From the NCBI GenBank assembly GCA_963555825.3, contig CAUVXB020000001.1:1152001-1216000 (forward strand): a stretch of DNA of 64,000 bases, given 5' to 3'. Both the position numbers and the translations under genes were made by a program. This DNA comes from Alphaproteobacteria bacterium (lineage in GTDB: Bacteria > Pseudomonadota > Alphaproteobacteria > JAAXGF01). The notes below the pieces were generated by a model. It was not told where the DNA came from and did no database searches. It saw only the letters and a program-made list of their open reading frames with translations. Below are positions 18,505 to 27,569 of this stretch, one piece after another; positions within the stretch are counted from its first letter, which is position 1; the number at the start of each line of letters is the position of its first letter.

Positions 18505-19295
18505 TTTTTCTCATCCTGGGGTTTGAGATACAGGGGGGCGAAGGGTTCCGACTGGCGAATCGTCAGGCGGCCCTGGTTGACCAGCTCGAGGCTCGCCATC
18601 AGCGTCGCGGCAATCGCCGAGCGCAGCACCAACGTGTCGGAAAGCCCGGTCGGCAGGAAGCTCGCCAGCGTGCGCCAGTCCTTTACGCTGCCGAGCAAGC
18701 GCGTCAGGCGCTTCATGGCCCGGTCCATCGAGTAGAGGCCCGACGTGGTGACGGTCAGATGGCCGCCCGCCGCGCGTCGCTTCTGGTCGGCATAGGCGCT
18801 CAAAAGGTCGTGGAACTCGAGGTCGAAGACCGGGTGGCGCACGACACGGACGCCCTCGGGCGCGCCGCGTGCGAAGACGTCGCGGCCGAGCATGGGCCGC
18901 ACCATGAGTTGCGCGCCGGCCTCGCGCATGGCCTCGAGCTGACGCAGCTGCCAGGCGAGCGCGGCGGCGAGCTCCTCGCCGCTCGGTTCTTCCGGGTCCT
19001 CGGGCCCGGGCAGCAGGAGCCGCGACTTGAGGTAGGCGAGCCACGCCGCCATGACGAGGTAGTCGGCGGCGATCTCGAGGCGCAGTTCGTGGGCCTGTTC
19101 GATGAAGGCGATGTACTGGTCGACGAGCTGCAGGATCGAGATGCGCGCGAGGTCGACCTTCTGCTCGCGCGCCAGCCTCAACAGCACGTCGAGCGGCCCC
19201 TCGTAGCCGTCGAGGTCGACGACGAGCCGGCCGTCATCGGCGTCCCAGCGGGCGCCCGTCTCGCCGTCGTCGGGCTCGAACGCTTCGGTCGTCAA
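18501..19295 (-). CDS. scpA: Segregation/condensation protein ScpA
   Basis: YEGPLDVLL, AADYLVMAAWLAYLKSRLLLP. Confidence 0.95.
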   Translation of the reverse strand: MTTEAFEPDDGETGARWDADDGRLVVDLDGYEGPLDVLLRLAREQKVDLARISILQLVDQYIAFIEQAHELRLEIAADYLVMAAWLAYLKSRLLLPGPEDPEEPSGEELAAALAWQLRQLEAMREAGAQLMVRPMLGRDVFARGAPEGVRVVRHPVFDLEFHDLLSAYADQKRRAAGGHLTVTTSGLYSMDRAMKRLTRLLGSVKDWRTLASFLPTGLSDTLVLRSAIAATLMASLELVNQGRLTIRQSEPFAPLYLKPQDEKK

Positions 19296-19304
19296 TCCAC
19301 TCTC

Positions 19305-19997
19305 CTACCCGTTCCCCGTGACGACGGCGACGAATTCGAAGACCGCCTCGATCGGCGGTCCGATCAGCCAGAGCAACACGTTCGCATCGACGCCCAACTG
19401 CCGGCCGATCAAGGGTAACACGAACAGCAGGCCGATCAGGATCATCATACCGTAGCGCTCGATCCGCGCGAAGTAATTGGCGTAGGGCATCGGCAACAGA
19501 CCGGTCAGCACCCGGCCGCCGTCGAGCGGCGGCAGCGGCAGCATATTGAAGACCGCCAGCACGACGTTGATGAGCACTGCGTTGCGCAGGTTGTCGGCCA
19601 GCCAATCGCCGAGCGAGTCAGAGAAATAGGGCGTCAGGTGAAAGGCGAGCCCGGCGGCGAGCGCCAGCGCGATGTTCGCCCCGGGTCCTGCGGCGGCGAC
19701 CCAGATCATGTCCCGCTTGGGTCGGCGCAGACGACCGAAGTTGACCGGCACCGGCTTGGCGTAGCCGAACAGGAACGGCGCCTGGAGCAGGAGCAGCAGC
19801 CCGGGCAGCACGATCGTGCCGAACCGGTCGACGTGTTTCAGCGGATTGAAGGTGACGCGTCCCAGGCGCCGCGCCGTGTCGTCGCCCAGCCGGTCGGCGA
19901 CCCAACCGTGCGCCGCCTCGTGAAAGGTGATGGCGATGAGCACCGGCAGGACCCAGATCGAGACGGTGTAGAGGATGTCGGCGACATTTTCCGGCAC
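19305..19997 (-). CDS. Site-2 protease (peptidase M50)
   Basis: HEAAH, AAAGP, FNMLPLPPLDGG. Confidence 0.92.
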   Translation of the reverse strand: MPENVADILYTVSIWVLPVLIAITFHEAAHGWVADRLGDDTARRLGRVTFNPLKHVDRFGTIVLPGLLLLLQAPFLFGYAKPVPVNFGRLRRPKRDMIWVAAAGPGANIALALAAGLAFHLTPYFSDSLGDWLADNLRNAVLINVVLAVFNMLPLPPLDGGRVLTGLLPMPYANYFARIERYGMMILIGLLFVLPLIGRQLGVDANVLLWLIGPPIEAVFEFVAVVTGNG

Positions 19998-20006
19998 GGC
20001 GGTTTC

Positions 20007-21032
20007 CTACGCGCCCGTCAGCATGGCGTCGAGCCGCGCCGTGAGCGCGACCCGATCGATTGGCGCGACGTCGGCGCGCGGCGGCAGGGCGGCGACGCGG
20101 GCTTGCGCCGCCACGCTCAACGGCGGCGTCACGCCGGCCACGCGGCGCATCTCGCCGAGATCGCCGTTGCAGTGGAGTACGATGTCGCAGCCGGCGGCGA
20201 GCACGGCGGCGGCGCGCGCGTCGATTTCGCCGTCGAGCGCCGCCATCGACAGATCGTCGCACAGCAACAAGCCCTCGAAGCCGATCTCGCCGCGGATGAT
20301 GTCGTCGATGACGCGCGGCGAGAACGTCGCTGCTCGCTCGTCGATCGCCTGGTAGACGACATGCGCGGTCATCGCCCAGGGGGCGTCGACGCAAGCCATG
20401 AACGGCGCGAAGTCGACGGAGCGCAACACCTCGAGTGAGGCCGTGACGACGGGCAGCGCGAAATGCGGGTCGGTGTCGGTGCGGCCATAGCCGGGGATGT
20501 GCTTGATGACCGGCTGGACGCCGCCGTCGCGCAGCCCGGTGCAGGCCGCCTGACCCAACGCGGCGACGATCTCGGGCGATGCGTCGAAGGCGCGCGCGCC
20601 GATCACATCGTCGGCGTCGGGCTGGAGCACGTCGAGTACCGGCACGCAGTCGACGTCGATGCCGAGCTCGGCCAGCTCGGCGGCGATCAGGTGGAAGTTC
20701 AGCCGGGTCGCCGCGCGCGCGGCGTCGAGGTCGCGCCCGGCCAGTTCGCCGAAACGGCGCGCCGCCGGCGCCGCGCGCCAGTGCGGCGGTTTGAGGCGCT
20801 GGACGCGGCCGCCCTCCTGGTCGATCAGCACCGGCGCGTCGGCGCGGCCGACCGTCTCGCGCAAGCCTGTCACCAGTGCCCGCACCTGATCGGGCGTCTC
20901 GCAGTTGCGCGCGAACAGGATGAAGCCGAAAGGCCGCGCCTCGCCGAAGAAGCGCCGTTCGTCATCGGACAAGCTGGCACCGGCGCAACCGAAGATCACC
21001 GCCGCGGGCAGCGCGGCGTCAAGGTTTGACAA
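20007..21032 (-). CDS. nagZ: Beta-N-acetylhexosaminidase (GH3)
   Basis: ILFARN, DQEGGRVQR, KHIPGYG...DPH, MTAHV, DDLSM. Confidence 0.93.
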   Translation of the reverse strand: MSNLDAALPAAVIFGCAGASLSDDERRFFGEARPFGFILFARNCETPDQVRALVTGLRETVGRADAPVLIDQEGGRVQRLKPPHWRAAPAARRFGELAGRDLDAARAATRLNFHLIAAELAELGIDVDCVPVLDVLQPDADDVIGARAFDASPEIVAALGQAACTGLRDGGVQPVIKHIPGYGRTDTDPHFALPVVTASLEVLRSVDFAPFMACVDAPWAMTAHVVYQAIDERAATFSPRVIDDIIRGEIGFEGLLLCDDLSMAALDGEIDARAAAVLAAGCDIVLHCNGDLGEMRRVAGVTPPLSVAAQARVAALPPRADVAPIDRVALTARLDAMLTGA

Positions 21033-21780
21033 CGAGGCAGTCCAGGTTGCGCGCCTTGAGGCGCTGGCACAGCGCGACGGCCTTCGCGGCGCTCGCCAGC
21101 GGACCCGCGCGCAGACGGTAGAATATGCCCTTGTTGGCCAGGTCGACGCGCACCACTTCGGCCTCCAGCGCGCCCAAGAGATCGCCGTTGGCGCGCTTCA
21201 GGCGGCGCCAGGCGGCCTCGGCGTCGGCACGGCCGCGCAGCGCGGCGAGCTGAACGCGGAAGCCGACGAGCGGCGCCGCCGTCACGGTCGGCGCGGGCGG
21301 CGGTTGGACGACGGGCTTGGGCGCGGGAATGGGCGCCTGTTCCTCGACCGGTACGCTGGGCGCAACGACGACCGGCTCCGGCGTCGGCGCCGTGGGCGCG
21401 GCGGGCGCCGGCTCGACGGGCGTCGGCGGCGCGGCCGGCTCGGGCGGCGGCATGGGCTCTTCGGGCGGCGGCAGCAGGCGCTCGATCTTGTCGAGATTGC
21501 GCTCGTCGCCGAGCGTCTCGTAAACCAGCTTGTCCTGATTGGGGATGACCATGCCGCCGGGCTCGGCCGGGCGGTGTTTGGTCGGGCTGTCGTCGGCCTC
21601 GATCAGCGGCAGCTCGCCGACGGCCGGCGCCGTGGTCTCCTGGTAGACATAGCCGCCCAGTCCGGCGATCGCCGCGACGACGGCAAAACCAGTCACCATC
21701 CTCAGCTGCATGCCGCGCGGCCGGGCCGGGCCGGCCGCTCGACCGTCTCTGGGGTGCTCGGCACTCGACTGCTCACTCAC
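21019..21780 (-). CDS. SPOR-domain protein (FtsN-like)
   Basis: TM segment, PGGMVIPNQDKLVY, Pro-rich linker, C-terminal VQLAA...FYRLRAGP..A..LC..LK...C; sits between argS and nagZ. Confidence 0.85.
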   Translation of the reverse strand: MSEQSSAEHPRDGRAAGPARPRGMQLRMVTGFAVVAAIAGLGGYVYQETTAPAVGELPLIEADDSPTKHRPAEPGGMVIPNQDKLVYETLGDERNLDKIERLLPPPEEPMPPPEPAAPPTPVEPAPAAPTAPTPEPVVVAPSVPVEEQAPIPAPKPVVQPPPAPTVTAAPLVGFRVQLAALRGRADAEAAWRRLKRANGDLLGALEAEVVRVDLANKGIFYRLRAGPLASAAKAVALCQRLKARNLDCLVVKP

Positions 21781-23559
21781 CTAACGCATCTCCTCGACCG
21801 GTTCGATGCCGAAGATACCGAGACCCGATGCAATTACTAACCCGGCCGCGCGCACCAGGGCGAGCCGCGCCCGCGTCGACGCAATGTCGCCAGCAACGAT
21901 GAAACGCAGGCTCGGGTCCTCCTTGCCCTTGTTCCACAGGCCGTGAAAAGCGGCTGCGAGGTCGTTGAGAAAAAAAGCCAGGCGATGCGGCTCATGCGCC
22001 TCGGCCGCGGCCTCGATCCGGCGCGGCCAACTCGCGAGCAATCTGATCAATGCAAGTTCGGCCTCGTCGGTCAAGCTAGCCAGATCGGCGTCGGCGAGCG
22101 CCCCGGCCGTGGTATCGAGGTCGGGCAACGCGTCGGCCGCGTTGCGCATGACCGAGCAGACGCGGGCGTGCGCGTATTGGACGTAGAACACCGGGTTGTC
22201 CTTCGACTGCTCGGTGACGCGCGCGAGGTCGAAGTCGAGCGGCGCGTCGTTCTTGCGCGTCAGCATGATGAAGCGCACGACGTCCTTGCCGACCTCGTCG
22301 ACCACCTCGCGCAACGTGACGAAACGACCGGCGCGCTTCGACATCTTGACCGCCTCGCCCTCGCGCAGTAGCCGGACGAGTTGGCACAGTTTGATGTCGA
22401 GCTCGACCTCGCCGTCGCTCAGCGCCGTCACCGCCGCCTTCATGCGCTTGACGTGACCGGCGTGATCGGCGCCCCAGACGTTGATCAGAACCGGGTAGTC
22501 GCGCTCGATCTTGTCGAGGTGGTTGGCGATGTCGCCGGCGAAGTAGGTCCAGCTGTCGTCGGACTTCTTGAGCGGTCGGTCGACGTCGTCGCCGAATTGC
22601 GTCGCGCGAAACAGCGTCTGCTCCCTCGGCTCCCAGTCCTCGGGCGTCCTGCCTTTCGGCGGGTCGAGCGTGCCGGTGTAGATCAGCCCCTTTGCGTCGA
22701 GCGTCGCCAGCGCGTCGTCGAGCTTGCCGGCGGCGACCAAGCCGCGCTCGGAGGTGAAGACTTCCTGGTGGACGCCGAGCGCGGCGAGGTCTTCGCGGAT
22801 GGCGACCATCATCATCTCGATGGCGGTGTCGCGCACGGTCTCGAACCACGCCGCGGCGGGCGCGCCGACCCAGCCGTCGCCCTCGCGCGCTGCGAGCGCC
22901 GCGCCGACCGGCTTCAGATAGTCACCGCGATACTCCCATTCGTGGTCCGGAAACAAGGCCTCAAAGGCGTCCTCGTCGATGTCCTGTCCGAGCGCCTCGA
23001 GATAGCGCAGGTAGGCCGAGCGGGTCAGCTGGTCGATCTGCGCGCCCGCGTCGTTGATGTAGTACTCGCGGACGACGCTGTAGCCCGCCTTCTCGAGCAG
23101 CGCCGAAAGCACATCGCCGAATACCGCGCCGCGCGCGTGGCCGACGTGCAGCGGTCCGGTCGGGTTGACCGAGACATATTCGACGTTGACCACCGTTCCG
23201 CCACCCAGGTCGGACGCGCCGTAATCGAGGCCGGCGCGCAGCACCTCGCCGACGCGCGCGTGCCAGAAGGCGTTGGAGAGACGCAGATTGATGAAGCCCG
23301 GGCCCGCCACGTCGACCGCGGTCACCGCGTCGTCGGCGGCGAGCCGCGCGGCGATCGCCTCGGCGATGTCGCGCGGCTTGCGCTCGGCTTGGCGCGCCAG
23401 CACCAAGGCGGCGTTGGTCGCGAGGTCGCCGTGCGTTGCATCGCGCGGCGGCTCGACCGTGACGGCGCCGGTGTCGAGACCGCCGGGCAAATCGCCGTCG
23501 GCCGCGAGCGCGTCGATCGACGCGACGACCTTGTCCCGAAAGCTGGCGAACAGGTTCAT
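21781..23559 (-). CDS. argS: Arginine--tRNA ligase
   Basis: [38 protein letters not shown]; ATG at 23559. Confidence 0.97.
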   Translation of the reverse strand: MNLFASFRDKVVASIDALAADGDLPGGLDTGAVTVEPPRDATHGDLATNAALVLARQAERKPRDIAEAIAARLAADDAVTAVDVAGPGFINLRLSNAFWHARVGEVLRAGLDYGASDLGGGTVVNVEYVSVNPTGPLHVGHARGAVFGDVLSALLEKAGYSVVREYYINDAGAQIDQLTRSAYLRYLEALGQDIDEDAFEALFPDHEWEYRGDYLKPVGAALAAREGDGWVGAPAAAWFETVRDTAIEMMMVAIREDLAALGVHQEVFTSERGLVAAGKLDDALATLDAKGLIYTGTLDPPKGRTPEDWEPREQTLFRATQFGDDVDRPLKKSDDSWTYFAGDIANHLDKIERDYPVLINVWGADHAGHVKRMKAAVTALSDGEVELDIKLCQLVRLLREGEAVKMSKRAGRFVTLREVVDEVGKDVVRFIMLTRKNDAPLDFDLARVTEQSKDNPVFYVQYAHARVCSVMRNAADALPDLDTTAGALADADLASLTDEAELALIRLLASWPRRIEAAAEAHEPHRLAFFLNDLAAAFHGLWNKGKEDPSLRFIVAGDIASTRARLALVRAAGLVIASGLGIFGIEPVEEMR

Positions 23560-24743
23560 TGCAGGTTCGGTGAACAGTTGAAGAGTCTTTCGTATTCGAC
23601 GACGGCGTAACGGTCGGTCATGCCGGCGATATAGTCGGCGATCAACCGTGCGACGCGCATCGTGTCGGCCCGATCGAGACGCGCGCGCCAACTCTCGGGC
23701 AAACGCTCGGGTTCCGCAAGTAAAGCGTCGAACAACGCGCGCAGGATGCGCTGCGCCTCGTCGGTGTTGTGCATGCGCCGGTCGTGCCGATACATGCGCG
23801 CGCCGAGGAAGGCCTTCAAGCCCCGGTCGTTGTCGCGCATCGCGGCCGAAAACGCCGCCAGCGGCCGGCCGAGCCCACGCACGTCCTCGGCCGAGGCCGG
23901 CGCCGCGCCGGCGGCGCGACGGCGCGTCTCGGCGACCAAGTCGTCGACCATCGAACCGATCATACGGCGCACCGATTCGTGGATCAGGCGCGCCGCGTCG
24001 ATGCCCGGATGGGCGCGCCGGACCGACGCGAAGATCGGCCCGGCGAGCGGCACGTCGACGAGATCGCCGACCGTGAACATGCCGGCGCGCAGACCATCGT
24101 CGAGATCGTGGTTGTTGTAGGCGATGTCGTCGGCCAGCGCGGCGACCTGCGCCTCGGCGCCGGGATGACTGGCGAGCTCAAGGTCGTGGCCGGCGACGTA
24201 TTCGACGATAGCCGCGGGCAACGGCCGCCCGTCATCGTCGCCGATCAGCGGGCCGTTGTGCTTGACCAATCCCTCGAGCGTCTCCCAGGTCAGGTTCAAT
24301 CCGTCGAAATCGGCGTAGCGCGCCTCGAGCTTTGTCAGAATGCGCAGGGCTTGTGCGTTATGGTCGAAGCCGCCGAAAGCGTCCATCGCGGCATCGAGCG
24401 CCTCTTCGCCGGCGTGGCCGAACGGCGTGTGGCCAAGATCATGGGCCAGTGCCAATGCCTCGGTCAGGTCTTCGTCGAGACCGAGTTCACGGGATATCGA
24501 ACGCGCGATCTGCGCCACCTCGAGACTGTGTGTGAGCCGCGACCGGTAATGATCGCCCTCGTGGTAGACGAACACTTGGGTCTTGTGCATCAGGCGGCGG
24601 AAGGCGGTCGAATGGATGATCCGGTCACGGTCGCGCTGGAACGCGCTGCGCGTCTTGCTCTCGGGTTCCGGGTGCAGCCGGCCGCGGCTTTGGTGGGGTT
24701 TCGAGGCATAGGGCGCGGCGCCGCCGGGGGGCTGGTCAGGCAT
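23556..24743 (-). CDS. dgt: dGTP triphosphohydrolase-like HD protein
   Basis: [45 protein letters not shown]. Confidence 0.95.
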   Translation of the reverse strand: MPDQPPGGAAPYASKPHQSRGRLHPEPESKTRSAFQRDRDRIIHSTAFRRLMHKTQVFVYHEGDHYRSRLTHSLEVAQIARSISRELGLDEDLTEALALAHDLGHTPFGHAGEEALDAAMDAFGGFDHNAQALRILTKLEARYADFDGLNLTWETLEGLVKHNGPLIGDDDGRPLPAAIVEYVAGHDLELASHPGAEAQVAALADDIAYNNHDLDDGLRAGMFTVGDLVDVPLAGPIFASVRRAHPGIDAARLIHESVRRMIGSMVDDLVAETRRRAAGAAPASAEDVRGLGRPLAAFSAAMRDNDRGLKAFLGARMYRHDRRMHNTDEAQRILRALFDALLAEPERLPESWRARLDRADTMRVARLIADYIAGMTDRYAVVEYERLFNCSPNLQ

Positions 24744-24796
24744 GGCGGGAAGCTACAGGCGCGGCGGTGCGCGATCAACGCCGCAAACGGCGCGAT

Positions 24797-24824
24797 TTGA
24801 CAAAATCTCGGAACCGACTAAATA
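24797..24824 (+). promoter_or_regulatory. Putative sigma70-type promoter of erpA
   Basis: TTGACA-N16-TAAATA upstream of the GGAG RBS and ATG 24877. Confidence 0.45.
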
Positions 24825-24876
24825 GCGAGGGTGATGGCGCGGCCGCGACGGCCGCCCGAGACCAACGGAGCACGAC

Positions 24877-25215
24877 ATGGGCGACGGCCCGATCACCCTG
24901 ACGGAACGCGCCGCCAAGCGCATCGTCAAGCTGCGCGCGACGTCGGGTACGCCCGAGGCAAAGCTGCGCGTCGCGGTGTCGGGTGGCGGCTGCTCGGGCT
25001 TCCAGTACGGTTTCGAGTTCGACGAAAAGGTCGACGACGGCGACGTCGTGGTCGAGCGCGACGACGCGACGGTCGTCATCGATCCGATCTCGCTGATGTA
25101 TCTCGCCGGCGCCGAGGTCGATTACGTCGAGGATCTGATCGGCGCTTATTTCACGATCAACAACCCCAACGCCACCGCGTCCTGCAGCTGCGGCAACTCC
25201 TTCGCTGTCGGCTGA
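24877..25215 (+). CDS. erpA: Iron-sulfur cluster insertion protein ErpA (HesB/IscA family)
   Basis: GGGCSGFQY, NPNATASCSCGNSF; divergent from dgt. Confidence 0.9.
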   Translation: MGDGPITLTERAAKRIVKLRATSGTPEAKLRVAVSGGGCSGFQYGFEFDEKVDDGDVVVERDDATVVIDPISLMYLAGAEVDYVEDLIGAYFTINNPNATASCSCGNSFAVG

Positions 25216-25234
25216 CGCCACACCGCGGGCGGCA

Positions 25235-25509
25235 CCCTGCTCCGCCCGTGTCGCCCCGCGTCGTCCCGCGCGACCCCGCCCTGCTCCGTCCGTGTCGTCC
25301 CGCGCGACCCCGCCCTGCTCCGTCCGTGTCGTCCCGCGCGGCCCCGCCCTGCTCCGTCCGTGTCGCCCCGCGCGACCCCGCCCTGCTCCGTCCGTGTCGT
25401 CCCGCGCGGCCCCGCCCTGCTCCGTCCGTGTCGCCCCGCGCGGCCCCGCCCTGCTCCGTCCGTGTCGCCCCGCGCGGCCCCGCCCTGCTCCGTCCGTGTC
25501 GCCCCGCGC
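25235..25509. repeat. 34-bp tandem repeat (VNTR): ~7 units plus a degenerate leading unit
   Basis: Unit CCCCGCCCTGCTCCGTCCGTGTCG(T/C)CCCGCGCG(A/G) head-to-tail from 25274; no spacers. Confidence 0.92.
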
Positions 25510-25617
25510 CTGGCCGCGCCATATCACTACGCCGCACACGATCTCCCGTCGCTCAACGGAAAATTCGGTTGACTGTTGCTAAATTTTTAGTAAAAATATA
25601 GTACTGAACCATTCAAC

Positions 25618-26145
25618 ATGGCGTCGGGGGATATCGTGACGCGCATTCTGATCCTTTGGCTGCTGGGCGAGCAGCCGCTGCACGGTTATCGCATCCAGAA
25701 GATATTGGGCGCGCCCCAACTCGCCTTCTGGTTCCGCATCGAGGATGCATCGATCTACTCGATGCTGCGCACCCTGACCAAGCACGGCTTTGCCCGCGCC
25801 GAGGAAGACCCGCAGGACGGCGGCGGCCCGCGGCGTACGATCTACGGCATCACGCCCGCCGGACGGCGCGAGCTGCGCCGTTGCCTGGAAACCGCATGGC
25901 GATCGTTGAGTGCCGGGCGAAGCCCGTTTTCGGCCGCGCTCGCCGCGATCGACGAGTTCGAGGCGCCCGAGATCAACGCACTCATGACCACGCGCAAGGC
26001 GGCGCTCGAAGACCGCCGCACCCGGCTCCTGGCCGTCGAGCGGAGCGCCCCGTCCGGCCTTCTGGCGCGCCGGGAGGCGGCCCTGCTCGACGCCGAGATA
26101 TCATGGATCGCACTCGAGATGGCGCCACGCGACCATCCGTCATAG
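25618..26145 (+). CDS. PadR family transcriptional regulator
   Basis: LGEQPLHGYRI...SIYSMLRTL...RRTIYGITPAGR. Confidence 0.88.
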   Translation: MASGDIVTRILILWLLGEQPLHGYRIQKILGAPQLAFWFRIEDASIYSMLRTLTKHGFARAEEDPQDGGGPRRTIYGITPAGRRELRRCLETAWRSLSAGRSPFSAALAAIDEFEAPEINALMTTRKAALEDRRTRLLAVERSAPSGLLARREAALLDAEISWIALEMAPRDHPS

Positions 26146-26157
26146 GGAGACATCGCC

Positions 26158-26550
26158 ATGACCGAAACAGACGAAGTCAGCACCCAAGTCATCGCCAACC
26201 TGGTGGTCCGCAACCCGAACGGCGAGGTGCTGTTCGTGCGCTACGATCCCGAGAATGAAAAATGGTGGCTGCCCGGCGGCGACGTCGAGCCCTACAGCCA
26301 CCCCGACGAGGCCGCCGCCAAGATTGTCCAGCAAATCGACGGCGTCGAGGCGAGTGCCTGCGCGCTCAACTACGTCGACTCGTTCCGCGGCCGGCGCGGC
26401 TGGCATCTGGTGTTCAACTACGAGGTCAGCGCCGACGGAACGCCGGGCGGTCCCAACGAGGCCAGATGGTTTGCGCCGGACGACTTGCCGCGCACAATGC
26501 ACGGCAATTGGGAGAAGCAGGTCGTCGCCACGATCCTCGGCATCGAATAA
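26158..26550 (+). CDS. NUDIX-fold protein with a degenerate Nudix box
   Basis: GEVLFVR...WWLPGGDVE...EARWF; RBS GGGAG. Confidence 0.75.
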   Translation: MTETDEVSTQVIANLVVRNPNGEVLFVRYDPENEKWWLPGGDVEPYSHPDEAAAKIVQQIDGVEASACALNYVDSFRGRRGWHLVFNYEVSADGTPGGPNEARWFAPDDLPRTMHGNWEKQVVATILGIE

Positions 26551-26631
26551 CCCTGATCCTTGGTCTAACTCGGCCTTCCCATGGCCCGCGAATTTGGCCA
26601 TAACATCGGGACCGCAACGCGCGAGGCACCG

Positions 26632-27408
26632 ATGAAGATCGCCACCTGGAACGTCAACTCGATCAAGGCGCGATTGCCCGCCGCAATCGAATGGCTGGGC
26701 GAGGCGTCGCCCGACGTCGTTCTCCTGCAGGAGACCAAGACGGTCGACGAAGGCTTCCCCGAGGCCGAGATCGGCGAGCTTGGCTACAATGTCGCGGTCC
26801 ACGGCCAGAAGAGCTACAACGGCGTCGCCATTCTCGCGAAACGGCCTATCGAGGACGTCGCGCGCGGGCTGCCGGGCGACGATGAAGACATCCAGGCGCG
26901 CTACATCGAGGCGGTCGTCGACGGCGTCCGGGTGGCATCGATCTACCTGCCCAACGGCAATCCCGTCGACAGTGAAAAATTCCCCTACAAACTGCGCTGG
27001 ATGGAACGGCTCTGCGACCACACGCGCGGTCTGCTCGAATTTGACGAGGCCTTCGTACTCGGCGGCGACTACAATATCGCGCCGGCCGACGGCGATGTTT
27101 ACGACCCGGACGACTGGGCCGACGACGCACTGTGCCGGCCGGAAAGCCGGGCGCGCTTCCGCGCGATTCTGCACCTCGGTCTTACCGAGGCTTATCGCGC
27201 CCTGCACGGCGCGGCAGGTGCATACAGTTTTTGGGATTATCAAAGCGGCCGCTGGCAGCGCGACCAGGGCCTGCGTATCGATCATTTGCTGTTGTCGCCG
27301 CAGGCGGCCGATCGCTTGGAAGCCTGCGACATCGACCGCGGGCCGCGCGGCAAGCCCAAGGCATCGGACCACACGCCGGTATGGTGCACGCTGCGGCCTG
27401 CCGGCTGA
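26632..27408 (+). CDS. xth: Exodeoxyribonuclease III
   Basis: MKIATWNVNS, LQETK, YLPNGNP, GDYN, GLRIDH, SDHTPV. Confidence 0.96.
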   Translation: MKIATWNVNSIKARLPAAIEWLGEASPDVVLLQETKTVDEGFPEAEIGELGYNVAVHGQKSYNGVAILAKRPIEDVARGLPGDDEDIQARYIEAVVDGVRVASIYLPNGNPVDSEKFPYKLRWMERLCDHTRGLLEFDEAFVLGGDYNIAPADGDVYDPDDWADDALCRPESRARFRAILHLGLTEAYRALHGAAGAYSFWDYQSGRWQRDQGLRIDHLLLSPQAADRLEACDIDRGPRGKPKASDHTPVWCTLRPAG

Positions 27409-27569
27409 TCCCGCCATCCGTTGGGCACGAACCGCTCCGGGGTTCCATCCGGGCACAAAGTCCTTTATATTTGCGGCACTCGCGGTAAACGTTCTAGCCG
27501 TATCGTAGTTTCGCCAACCGGCGCGATCTCGCGCGTGGTCGCGCCTGTTCCCGGAAGATGGGACACGCC

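Noticed and set aside
25235-25509. CRISPR array or repeat-encoded protein (ORFs 24775-25539, 24831-25601 etc.)
   Set aside because: No spacers; the 34-bp unit is not a multiple of 3, and the ORFs are open only because the repeat lacks stops.
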